Below, piece after piece: positions 29,528 to 38,570 of a stretch of DNA of 64,000 nt; positions within the stretch are counted from its first letter, which is position 1; each line of letters starts with the position of its first letter. A program made the translations under genes and the position numbers. Below the pieces are notes generated by a model. That model was not told the DNA's origin, did not search any database, and worked only from the letters and a program-made list of their open reading frames with translations. Origin of the DNA: Candidatus Saccharimonadota bacterium (GTDB lineage: Bacteria; Patescibacteriota; Saccharimonadia; Saccharimonadales; Saccharimonadaceae); NCBI GenBank assembly GCA_017510425.1, contig JAFWNJ010000002.1, forward strand, positions 5,561 through 69,560, written 5' to 3'.

Positions 29528-32500
29528 TTAATTAGATTTTTCGAGCGAAATGGTGACGTTCTCGCCGTCCAACTTGGCGATTTCGTCGTGTGTGAAGTTG
29601 CCGTCTTTGACAATCTCGGTGGCACCAACTTCGGATTTAATCATTGACTCATGTCCACGTGGCAAGCTACAAGTTAGTGATAGTCTAATCCTATCATCCT
29701 GGCGCAAACCAGCGTGTTTCCTGGCGGATTGAACTGCACGGATAATTTCACGGGCCTTCCCTTCCGCCAGCAGCTCCTTAGTTAAGGTCTTATCGAGGGC
29801 GAGCTTATCAGCGTGCTTTACGGTCTTCACATTTACCTCGTCGGCGATGATGCTTTCGTAGAATTCGTCGAGCGGTTCGCCATCGTAGGTCAGCTTAGAG
29901 AGTGGCTGGCGAATTTTGATTTGCTCTTCGGTGTCGGATTTCTGCATACGAAGGGCTAGTGCATCGGTAATAATCTGACGGGTTCTTTGCATATTGCTAA
30001 GGATTTCCTTATTGATTTCGCCTGATTCTGGCCAATCTAACAGATGAACCGATTCGCCCTTCCCTGTCATTTTCTGGTAAAGCTCCTCGGCCAAGAATGG
30101 GGTAAACGGAGCAAGTAGTTTAGCTAGATAAACCAGAACGTAATAGAGCGTAGCGAAAGCCTGCTTCTTGTCCTCTTGGTCGTCGTTTTTGCTGAAGCGA
30201 CGGCGAGAGCGGCGGACGAACCAGTTACTCATGTCGTCGATAAACAGTAGAACTCCATCCAGGGCCTTCGGGATATTGTATTCCTCCATGCCTTCGGTGA
30301 TTTCGTCGCGAAGCTGATAAGTTCGTTGAATGATCCATGAGTCTAATGGGTTCGAAATATTCATTTCACTGAGCCCCAAAAATGATTCATTCTCGACACG
30401 CTCGTGTCCGCCCGTCGTTACGGGGGACACTTCGCTCCCCCGCTCCTCGTTAGTCGCGGAAGGTCTCGAATGAACATTTTCTGGTGCTCTGTGTGCAAAC
30501 TTTTCTAATTCATCTGAATCTAATCCTTCAACTTCGGCATAGGTTGTGAAGAAGTCGTAGACATTCCAAATCATCGATAGCTTGCGGTGGACATCGGAGA
30601 CGTCTTTGTCGAGGAGGGCGAAGTCCTCGCCGGAGAGCACTGGGCTGGAAAGCAATAGGAAGCGGAGCGCATCGGCGGAGTATTGATCCATGAGAAGATT
30701 CGGGTCGGTATAATTACCTAGCGATTTACTCATCTTGCGGCCATCATTCCCCGCTAGAGTACCAGTGGTAATGACGTTCTTATAAGCATTCTTGTGGCCC
30801 TTCTTGGCTTTGCTGCCAAAAGCACCAATCTCGGCTAAAGTAGTATTCACAGCGTGAACGTAGTAGAACCAGGCGCGAACTTGGCCGACGTATTCGACGA
30901 TGAAATCAGCTGGATAGTTATGTTCGAACTTCTCTTTGTTTTCAAACGGGTAGTGAAGCTGGGCGAAAGGCATCGAACCAGATTCAAACCAGCAGTCGAG
31001 GACCTTGTCGATGCGCTTAAAGTGTTCGCCTTGGTAGTCAAACTCGATCTCATCAACCCATGGGCGATGATAGTCATCCAGCTCCTTACCCGAGAGCTCC
31101 TTGAGTTCCTCGTAAGAACCAATTACTAGCACTGTACCTTCTTTAGATTTCCAGACTGGCATGGCAGTGGCCCAGAAACGATCACGGCTCAAGTTCCAGT
31201 CAGGGGCGGCTTCGATATTTTTGGCAAAACGGCCGTGCTTCAAATAGCCTGGGAACCAATTAATATTCTCGTTCTCTGCCAGCATAAGCGGCTTCTGACC
31301 TTCGATATCAAAGAACCAGGACGGAAAAGCGCGGTACATAATACGCTCCTTACTGCGCGGGTTGAAGGGGTATTCGTGCTGAATATACTCAATCTTGTAG
31401 ACGATTCCCTTCTCTTCGAGGACCTTGGCAATAAACTTATTGGCGGCCCAAATCTGAATACCGTGTTCATCAGTGTCACGCACGCCAAGCTGATGTAATT
31501 TATCGGCGTATTCTGGGAGATAGTACCCGTTCTCATCGAGAGTATCTACAAACTCCATGACATCTTCGTTGGCTTGATAAAGATTATAGTCGTCTTCGCC
31601 ATAAGCTGGAGCAATGTGAACGATACCGGTGCCTTCTTCGCTACCGACAAAGTCAGCGGTGAAGACTTGACAGACAGTGCCGTCTAAGGATTTGTACTTG
31701 AGACCAGCAAGAGCTTGACCTTTAAACGTGATAGCTTTGAGCGGGTCCTGCCGACTGCTGTCCTCCCCCACCTCGCGAGCTCGGCGGGGGCCCCCCTCCG
31801 CGGTCGTCACCCGCTCATGCATTATGTCGATTAGCTCGTAATCTTGACCTGCAAAAACTTTTTCGACCCTAGATGCAGCTACTATATATATTTCGCCGTT
31901 CGCTTTGACCCCGACATAGTCTAGGTCTTTACTGACGGCTAGAGCGCGGTTCGCCATCAGGGTCCAGGGGGTGGTGGTCCAAGCAAGCATATACGCGGAT
32001 TCAGGAATAGCTCTTTCTCGGGACGCTTCGTCGCGCCCGTCGTTACGGGGCTCCTCGCTTCGCCCGCTCCCGTTGTCGCGGATGCCCCTCGAAAGACTAT
32101 TCCCTGAATCCGCATCTACTAGCTTGAACTTGACGTAGGCGGAGGGGTCGGTGACGGTTTGATAGGCATCGTTATCCATGGTGACTTCGGCCTTGGATAC
32201 TGGGGTAGCAAACTTCGTGTCGTACATGAGAACTTTGCGGCCTTCGTAGATTTTACCGGCTTCGTATAATTTCTTGAAGGCCCACCAGACGGATTCCATA
32301 TAGTCCTTATTCATGGTGCGGTAGCAATTATCAAAATCCACCCAACGGCCGACACGGTCAATGGTGGAGCGCCAGGTCTCAGAGTTTGCGACCATAGATT
32401 CGCGAGCTTTGATAATGTAGTCCTCGAGGGACCATTTGGTACCGATGTCTCTTCTATCAGTAATGCCGAGCTGTTTCTCGACGAAGTTCTCAGCGGGGAG

Positions 32501-32767
32501 GCCGTGGCAATCCCAGCCCCAACGACGTTCAACGCGATAGCCGTTCATGGTCCAGTAACGCGGAACGGCATCTTTCACGATAGAGCTGAGAAGTGTGCCA
32601 TGGTGAGGGTTGCCGGTAATGAATGGGGGGCCATCATAAAAAACGTATGATTTATCGATAGATCGGTTTTCGACCGATTTTTCGAAGATTTTATTCTTTT
32701 TCCACCACTCGGTGAGTGATTTTTCGTATTCAATGGCCTTGCGGCGACTCCCTGCTCTATATTTCAT
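29528..32767 (-). CDS. ileS: isoleucyl-tRNA synthetase with three in-frame repeat-derived insertions
   Basis: DGPPF..GNPHHG, WDCHGLP, AWTTTPWT, GTGIVHIAP, WFESGSMP, KMSKS. Confidence 0.95.
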   Translation of the reverse strand: MKYRAGSRRKAIEYEKSLTEWWKKNKIFEKSVENRSIDKSYVFYDGPPFITGNPHHGTLLSSIVKDAVPRYWTMNGYRVERRWGWDCHGLPAENFVEKQLGITDRRDIGTKWSLEDYIIKARESMVANSETWRSTIDRVGRWVDFDNCYRTMNKDYMESVWWAFKKLYEAGKIYEGRKVLMYDTKFATPVSKAEVTMDNDAYQTVTDPSAYVKFKLVDADSGNSLSRGIRDNGSGRSEEPRNDGRDEASRERAIPESAYMLAWTTTPWTLMANRALAVSKDLDYVGVKANGEIYIVAASRVEKVFAGQDYELIDIMHERVTTAEGGPRRAREVGEDSSRQDPLKAITFKGQALAGLKYKSLDGTVCQVFTADFVGSEEGTGIVHIAPAYGEDDYNLYQANEDVMEFVDTLDENGYYLPEYADKLHQLGVRDTDEHGIQIWAANKFIAKVLEEKGIVYKIEYIQHEYPFNPRSKERIMYRAFPSWFFDIEGQKPLMLAENENINWFPGYLKHGRFAKNIEAAPDWNLSRDRFWATAMPVWKSKEGTVLVIGSYEELKELSGKELDDYHRPWVDEIEFDYQGEHFKRIDKVLDCWFESGSMPFAQLHYPFENKEKFEHNYPADFIVEYVGQVRAWFYYVHAVNTTLAEIGAFGSKAKKGHKNAYKNVITTGTLAGNDGRKMSKSLGNYTDPNLLMDQYSADALRFLLLSSPVLSGEDFALLDKDVSDVHRKLSMIWNVYDFFTTYAEVEGLDSDELEKFAHRAPENVHSRPSATNEERGSEVSPVTTGGHERVENESFLGLSEMNISNPLDSWIIQRTYQLRDEITEGMEEYNIPKALDGVLLFIDDMSNWFVRRSRRRFSKNDDQEDKKQAFATLYYVLVYLAKLLAPFTPFLAEELYQKMTGKGESVHLLDWPESGEINKEILSNMQRTRQIITDALALRMQKSDTEEQIKIRQPLSKLTYDGEPLDEFYESIIADEVNVKTVKHADKLALDKTLTKELLAEGKAREIIRAVQSARKHAGLRQDDRIRLSLTCSLPRGHESMIKSEVGATEIVKDGNFTHDEIAKLDGENVTISLEKSN
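30368..30493. repeat. palindromic repeat family B, in frame in ileS
   Basis: Arms aaaatgattcattc...gaatgaacatttt; core cgcccgtcgttacgggg...gtcgcgga...ctcgaa shared with 31995-32113. Confidence 0.75.
31738..31817. repeat. palindromic repeat family A, in frame in ileS
   Basis: tgagcgggtcctgcc...gtcacccgctca; encodes ERVTTAEGGPRRAREVGEDSSRQDPL. Confidence 0.85.
31995..32113. repeat. palindromic repeat family B, in frame in ileS
   Basis: Terminal inverted repeat gcggattcaggaatag/ctattccctgaatccgc; encodes ADSGNSLSRG...RERAIPESA just before AWTTTPW. Confidence 0.85.
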
Positions 32768-32947
32768 ATTTATATATTATACCATGTTTATATGGATCGC
32801 GCTGAAGATGTTTGTAGGAGAGGTTATTTCTGGAGTGCTTTGGCTTATTCCTTGCCTCCTGTTCCTCATTTCGCTTTTAGCTCATGAGAAACGGGAACGC
32901 TTTATTCCTTGGGGTTCTGGGGGAAACAACCTAGCTCATACAATACG

Positions 32948-35245
32948 CTACTCAGACATCAAGCATCGCATAGAATGTCCGCTGAAGCGATAGTTACCGT
33001 AGCTCGGGTACACGTTAGCCGGATCGACGAACATGAAGTACATGCTGTTGCCATTGTAGTAAGTAGACGACCACCAGTAGCCGTAGCTACCCTGATTGCC
33101 CGCAGAACTACTGAGGTAGCCGCCAGACAGAGGCGTAGATAGGTTATATTGGAGACTGTTGGCTTCTGTAGCAGTATTAGTGTATTTTTGAGCTAAAGTA
33201 GAGTATTCTCCAGTATTACCACCTGTAGGCATTCTCCAGTTAGCTGGGCAGATATCTTGTGGCGCGTCAATGATAGTATCTGGTACATCTACGCCACTAT
33301 TGTCTGCATAGCAATAGGTACTAGCAGATGCAGCACAGTAGTTATAGTAGATACCTACTTTGGCTTGTCCATTAGTTGAGGCTGGACCGTAGGATGTGAC
33401 GAGAGTATCTTTGCTGGCGTTATTAATCCAAGGTTGCACCCACGTACTATTATTACTGTAGTCCCAACCAGAAGACATATTTGCTACTGCAGTATTGCTC
33501 CAACCAGTAGTAGTACTACCACCATTGAGTAAGTTGGTAATGGCTTCCTGAGTAGCATTAGTATTAGATGCATTCATATTCGCTGCAGTAGTGGAATTTG
33601 TTGGATCAAGTGCGAGATTATCTAACATCCAGCATTTACCGTCTTTGAGTCTCCCTGCCACGTAGGTGGTGTTGTCTCTAGTATCTATAAGGGTTTCTGT
33701 AGCACCGACGTAGATTTCCTTACATAGTTCGTCTGTACCGTCTTGCATTTTATAATGACCAGATAGTTGTGATTTATTTGCATCAGCATAGGCTGCATTG
33801 AAGGTCTTACCCCATACTGCATACATAGTAACTGTATTGTCTATATTTGTGTATGGCGCATTAGTGATGAAGTCTGCTTCGTTAGTGTATAGTGGCTCTT
33901 CGGCGTCAGCGTTAGCATTTGGATTAGTACTCCAGCCAAGGAAGACGTCTTGCCCTACTCTAGTAGATGGAGTTTGATAAGTGCCAGAAGTGGCGGTCTT
34001 GTTATATGCGGTGATAGTGCCTTGGCCAGTGACAGAAGCATAATAACCAGTAGAGACTTCGTATTGACTATAATCATAGAATGTGACGGAATCGCCAGTG
34101 ATGTCACATTCCATCGTAACTTGAGAGCCAGCACTACCGGAAGATTTGAATGCTCCGTCTATTGCATTTGTCGTGCCGCAATTTGTCAGGCTTGTGGTAT
34201 TATCTGCATTAGTGTAGTCTGGATGATTACCCGCCCAGATATAAAGGTCGCTTGGTGGACCACTGGCATTTTGTGGGGCACCATAAGTGACAGTGATATG
34301 TAATGATTCCGCGCCGTCAATTGTTACTACATCATTACCACTCTTTGCTGAGTAACCACCATATTCTCCTTCTTCAGTATAGACATTGCGTGAAACTTTT
34401 GTCACTTCACCAGTAGTTTCAGTTTTGGTTGCTTCATAGGCCACTAGATTAGTAGATTTACCATTCGGGTAGGTTAGACCATTGCCATCATAGATGACGT
34501 TTAGTTTACCGGCTACGGCAGAGGATGGGTGAACTAGAGTATAGATAACTTGCCCAGAATAAGTATCAGCAGCTTGAGTCTTAGAAATGTAAGCAGCATA
34601 AGTAGTAGTAAGCTTAACTCCACCAATAGTTTCAGTCATGTCGGCACCAGAGTTCTTATGAGCTACTTTGACGTATTCATTTGGGACTACATGGTAGTTA
34701 CTGAATGAGGCTTGTGTTGCACCGGATTCTGCTTGACTTGGAAGTGCTTCGTTAGGAGCAGAATCAATAGTAAAGGCATTGTCAGTTGTAGTATCTCCTG
34801 AGTCCTGAGTCATAGTAAGTTTCATAGCCCAGTTAGATACGTCTGGGTTACCAGCAGATGTGGCTATACCTGATTCTATAGTTGCATTATTACTAGCAGT
34901 TGTTCCTACTAGTTTATTACTATTCTCTCCACCTATTTCATCACCAGTATATCCAGCAGCATAGATAGCAAATCCTTCATTATCATTACAGAATGCATGA
35001 AGCGTAGTAGAACCAATGTCTGGAGTATAAGCGCCATTAGCTATTTCTGCATTATGGGACTGCATACCAGTACCGGACATAGTACAGGACATAGGGACTG
35101 TAATACTAATCTCGTCTACGACGGAAGGGTCGTCTGCGGAGACAGTATTAGAGACTAGGATAGCACCAGAAAGTAAGCTAAGAGAAACTAGTCCTAATGG
35201 AATAAGGTTGATAGAGTTTAGGATATTTGATTGAATTGTTTTCAT
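32948..35245 (-). CDS. secreted surface protein with C-terminal Fib_succ_major/CLec-like domain; probable remote DGR target
   Basis: Signal peptide; DTRDNTTY..LKDGKCWMLDNL, YYNYCAA, ICPANWRMPT, GYWWSST, MRCL C-terminus. Confidence 0.8.
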   Translation of the reverse strand: MKTIQSNILNSINLIPLGLVSLSLLSGAILVSNTVSADDPSVVDEISITVPMSCTMSGTGMQSHNAEIANGAYTPDIGSTTLHAFCNDNEGFAIYAAGYTGDEIGGENSNKLVGTTASNNATIESGIATSAGNPDVSNWAMKLTMTQDSGDTTTDNAFTIDSAPNEALPSQAESGATQASFSNYHVVPNEYVKVAHKNSGADMTETIGGVKLTTTYAAYISKTQAADTYSGQVIYTLVHPSSAVAGKLNVIYDGNGLTYPNGKSTNLVAYEATKTETTGEVTKVSRNVYTEEGEYGGYSAKSGNDVVTIDGAESLHITVTYGAPQNASGPPSDLYIWAGNHPDYTNADNTTSLTNCGTTNAIDGAFKSSGSAGSQVTMECDITGDSVTFYDYSQYEVSTGYYASVTGQGTITAYNKTATSGTYQTPSTRVGQDVFLGWSTNPNANADAEEPLYTNEADFITNAPYTNIDNTVTMYAVWGKTFNAAYADANKSQLSGHYKMQDGTDELCKEIYVGATETLIDTRDNTTYVAGRLKDGKCWMLDNLALDPTNSTTAANMNASNTNATQEAITNLLNGGSTTTGWSNTAVANMSSGWDYSNNSTWVQPWINNASKDTLVTSYGPASTNGQAKVGIYYNYCAASASTYCYADNSGVDVPDTIIDAPQDICPANWRMPTGGNTGEYSTLAQKYTNTATEANSLQYNLSTPLSGGYLSSSAGNQGSYGYWWSSTYYNGNSMYFMFVDPANVYPSYGNYRFSGHSMRCLMSE

Positions 35246-35322
35246 AATACGATTGATGACCTTTCTTATATACTATATTACCATAATCTTTATGTTTATT
35301 GTAATATATATATCAAGAGGGA

Positions 35323-35515
35323 TTGCAAAAAAATAGAGAGCGGAGTAAAAATGGAACACCCTACATCATTCACCCGTTGTCGATGGCGTGCGATGCAATT
35401 GCATGCAAAGGCACGACGGACGAAATTGTCGCCACAATCTTGCTACATGATGTCTGTGAAGATTGCAACATTCCACTGTCAGCATTGCCGGTAAACGAAG
35501 TTGTGAAAAATAGTA
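35323..35515 (+). pseudogene. fragment of an HD-domain (SpoT/Mesh1-like) hydrolase
   Basis: KNGTPYIIHP...ATILLHDVCED resembles the Rel hydrolase N-terminus; no proper start, truncated at the mscS 3' end. Confidence 0.55.
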
Positions 35516-35532
35516 GTCCTCTTCTTAGAGGG

Positions 35533-36333
35533 CTACTTCTTAGTGTGAATATCCAGCTGGGCGTGAGGAATGTGGATTTTGTTTTCTTCTAAGGTCGTAA
35601 TAATGATACGAAGACAATCGCGCTGAATCTGTAATTGATTGATGGGATCGCAGGTGACAACAATTTGATAATTAAGCGAGGAGTTCGTTAGAGCAGTAAC
35701 GCCCTGGTATTTGGCCTCGTTTACGCAGTCGTGGCGAGCCAACTGCCTGATTATCTCGTGAATTACCGCTTCGGCAGTCTCGACACTGACTTCGTACGGA
35801 AAAGGAATCGGGATATACAGATAGCCAGAGACAACTTCGACCTGGTCGATGTTGCGATTGGCGATTGAGACGATATTCATGGTATTCATGTCCTGCATTC
35901 TGGTGGTGCGGAGACTCATGGATTGAACTTGGCCGATATTGTCACCATATTTAATCACATCACCGATATCATAGTAGCCGTCCGAAATGATTTCAAAACC
36001 GCGGAAAATATCCTTCATAGCATCCTGCAAGGCAAAGCCGATCACGATACTAGCAATACCAACTCCGGCCAGCATGGAAGTAACATTGACACCGAAGATT
36101 TGCAACACTACCAGGGCAGTGAAGGTGGCTATGGTATAGCCGATGATGTTTTTAAGAATCCGGAGGAAGGTTTTGTTCTTCTTGCTGGAGAGAATCTTGG
36201 TGTTTTGCTTCTCCTTATTATTCAGGAACTTGGAGATAATATGATAGATGAAGAGACTAATCAGACAAACAATAACCGACCAGAAACAGCGCTGAATCCA
36301 GATATTATTAATAATATCTTCAATAAACTTCAT
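35533..36333 (-). CDS. mscS: small-conductance mechanosensitive channel
   Basis: LAGVGIASIVIGFALQD, YDIGDVI, GQVQSMSLRTT. Confidence 0.85.
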   Translation of the reverse strand: MKFIEDIINNIWIQRCFWSVIVCLISLFIYHIISKFLNNKEKQNTKILSSKKNKTFLRILKNIIGYTIATFTALVVLQIFGVNVTSMLAGVGIASIVIGFALQDAMKDIFRGFEIISDGYYDIGDVIKYGDNIGQVQSMSLRTTRMQDMNTMNIVSIANRNIDQVEVVSGYLYIPIPFPYEVSVETAEAVIHEIIRQLARHDCVNEAKYQGVTALTNSSLNYQIVVTCDPINQLQIQRDCLRIIITTLEENKIHIPHAQLDIHTKK

Positions 36334-36361
36334 ATGCTTATTGTATCATATTACGGGCTGA

Positions 36362-36616
36362 TTAAACCATGTAAAATAACACTTCATTAATCAGTGGGAG
36401 AGTTTTGCCGCGCCAAGAAGCACGGACTTCGCCGTTCGCTCCGAGGGCGAGGATGGTGGGATATTCGACAATATCATAGGCTTCGCAGAAGCCGGGATTA
36501 TGGTCGGGGTCCATGGTCTCGATTTCCCTGCCGGTCTGACGGCGGATGTTTTCGAGCCATTCAGTAACAGAACGCGAATAGTCCTGGTTATCTCGATAAA
36601 TACAAACAACTCTCAT
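36362..36616 (-). CDS. small thioredoxin-fold-like hypothetical protein
   Basis: YDIVEYPTILA...W.G..LP. Confidence 0.6.
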   Translation of the reverse strand: MRVVCIYRDNQDYSRSVTEWLENIRRQTGREIETMDPDHNPGFCEAYDIVEYPTILALGANGEVRASWRGKTLPLINEVLFYMV

Positions 36617-36653
36617 AATGTTATCCTATTTCTCCCAGCGGGTCCTGCCTTTC

Positions 36654-36736
36654 CCAGCGGGTCCTGCCGGTGCTTTCTTCCCCCAAAAATGACACATGCA
36701 TTTTTGGGGGTCCCCTTCAGCACCGTCACCCGCTGG
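36654..36736. repeat. palindromic repeat family A, intergenic copy with duplicated left end (about 36633-36652)
   Basis: ccagcgggtcctgcc occurs twice, 19 bp apart; ends gtcacccgctgg. Confidence 0.8.
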
Positions 36737-36749
36737 TGTAATACTGCAA

Positions 36750-37202
36750 TCATTGAACCCTCTTCCTCTTCTGTTCTTTTAGGATATTCTCGAAATCTTC
36801 CAGAGTTTTGAACTCGCGGAAGACGGAGGCGAAGCGGACGTAGGCGACTTCGTTGACTTCGGCTAGGACGTCAAGGACAGCCTCGCCGATTTGCTTGCTG
36901 GTGACTTGGTCGGTATTGTAGGCGTATAGAATGTCAGAAGCTCGGTTTACCACGTCCTCAAGCTCGAGTTCGGAATTGAAAAATTTACCCACGCTGCGCT
37001 TGACTGCCAGGAGTAATTTGTCGCGATCGTAGATTTCCTGATTGCCGCTACGCTTGATGACGGTTAATTGTGGCATCTCAATGCGCTCATAGGTCGTAAA
37101 ACGACGACCGTCGGGTGATTCGCGGCGACGACGAATCATGGTGCCGTCAACAGTCTCGCGGCTTTCTAGAACTTTACTATCTCCGATACGTAATCTGTTC
37201 AT
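36750..37202 (-). CDS. nrdR: transcriptional repressor NrdR (Cys-less zinc ribbon)
   Basis: SKVLESR, IRRRRE, RFTTYER, ATP cone VIKRSG, VAYVRFASV. Confidence 0.9.
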   Translation of the reverse strand: MNRLRIGDSKVLESRETVDGTMIRRRRESPDGRRFTTYERIEMPQLTVIKRSGNQEIYDRDKLLLAVKRSVGKFFNSELELEDVVNRASDILYAYNTDQVTSKQIGEAVLDVLAEVNEVAYVRFASVFREFKTLEDFENILKEQKRKRVQ

Positions 37203-37217
37203 CCGCGGGCCTTTCGG

Positions 37218-38384
37218 TTACTTCTTCTTGCGATTCTTGAATCTCTCTCTTAAGGAAGGCGGGATATCCATGTCGTCATCGTTTGCGGCCGGCTCTGGCT
37301 CCGGCTCTTTCTTAATGGAATCCCACATGTTGGATTTATTCTCAAGGGCAAAATCCTTGGCTTCGGTAGTAGGCTTGTTATCCTTAGAGCTGGTAGACTC
37401 AGGCTGCTCAGTATCGGCAGGCTCTGGCTCGTTATAATAGTCAGAATCAAAACCAGTAGCAACTACGGTTACAACAATCTCATCGTCAAGCTCTGGGCGA
37501 ATGGAGGCACCGAAGATGATGTTTGCATCAGGAGAGACCGCGCCAGTGATGACTTCGGCAGCTTCCTGGATCTCACTCATGGACATGTCATAGCCGCCGG
37601 CAACACTGAAGAGTACACCACGGGCGCCTTCAATCTTTACCTCAATTAGTGGGGATTCTACGGCTTGCTGAGCGGCAATCACGGCACGATTCTCGCCAGA
37701 AGCGCGACCGATACCCATAAGGGCGGAGCCGGCGTTCTTCATGATGGCTTTAACATCGGCGAAATCAAGATTAATCAGTGAGTGCTCAGTAATCAGCTCG
37801 GAAATACCCTGGACACCCTGACGAAGGACGTCATCGGCGATTTTGAAAGTCTCGAGAAGTGGGGTGCGAGGATCAATGGTCTGAAGGAGACGATCATTCG
37901 GAATGGTAATGAGAGCATCTACCTGGCGGGCTAGCTTGTCGATAGCGACATCGGCATTAGCTTTGCGACGAGCACCTTCGAAGGTGAAGGGCTTGGTCGC
38001 GACACCAACAGTGAGGATGTCCTTCTTGCGAGCCTCCTCGGCCACGACAGGACCGGCGCCAGAACCAGTACCGCCACCAGCACCGAGAGTGATGAAAACC
38101 ATGTCGGCGCCATCTAGGGCTTTATCGATTGCTTCCCTGCTCTCCTCAGCAGCTTCGCGACCCTTCTCCGGATCACCACCGGCACCAAGACCCTTACCAA
38201 TGTGCACCTTGACATCGGCAGGCGAATGGTGCAGAGCCTGGGCATCAGTATTAATTGCAACAAACTCTACGCCAGAAAGGCCCACTTCTTTCATGCGCTC
38301 CACTGCAGAACCACCGGCACCACCTACACCTACGACTTTAATACTTGCTTTACTTTCCACCTCTGTTGGTTTGACTTCTGGCAT
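37218..38384 (-). CDS. ftsZ: cell division protein FtsZ
   Basis: IKVVGVGGAG, NTDAQAL, GGGTGSGA, INLDFADV. Confidence 0.97.
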   Translation of the reverse strand: MPEVKPTEVESKASIKVVGVGGAGGSAVERMKEVGLSGVEFVAINTDAQALHHSPADVKVHIGKGLGAGGDPEKGREAAEESREAIDKALDGADMVFITLGAGGGTGSGAGPVVAEEARKKDILTVGVATKPFTFEGARRKANADVAIDKLARQVDALITIPNDRLLQTIDPRTPLLETFKIADDVLRQGVQGISELITEHSLINLDFADVKAIMKNAGSALMGIGRASGENRAVIAAQQAVESPLIEVKIEGARGVLFSVAGGYDMSMSEIQEAAEVITGAVSPDANIIFGASIRPELDDEIVVTVVATGFDSDYYNEPEPADTEQPESTSSKDNKPTTEAKDFALENKSNMWDSIKKEPEPEPAANDDDMDIPPSLRERFKNRKKK

Positions 38385-38409
38385 AATTTACCTCGCTTTA
38401 TTTGTTACT

Positions 38410-38438
38410 AGTATACACCTGATTTCGGGTTTTATCAA
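38410..38438 (-). promoter_or_regulatory. putative sigma70 promoter of ftsZ
   Basis: TTGATA-N17-TATACT on minus strand about 25 nt before the ATG. Confidence 0.55.
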
Positions 38439-38522
38439 GGGGTTTATTTTGGGTAGTTCTATTTCGAAAAAGCATTTAGGTGCAGAGATTCGGAATAGAT
38501 TATTTTGGACCTGAGGCAAGAC

Positions 38523-38569
38523 TGAAATCGCGAAAGTCACGAGATTTCTGGAGTTTCGCGATTTTAGAC
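38523..38569. repeat. palindromic repeat family D, copy 1
   Basis: tgaaatcgcgaaa-gtcacgagatttctggag-tttcgcgatttta. Confidence 0.85.
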
Positions 38570-38570
38570 A

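Noticed and set aside
32948-33135. Second target of the local TR
   Set aside because: Many mismatches at non-adenine TR positions and a different 3' tail
32909-33142. 77-aa plus-strand ORF
   Set aside because: Antisense shadow of the VR-like region
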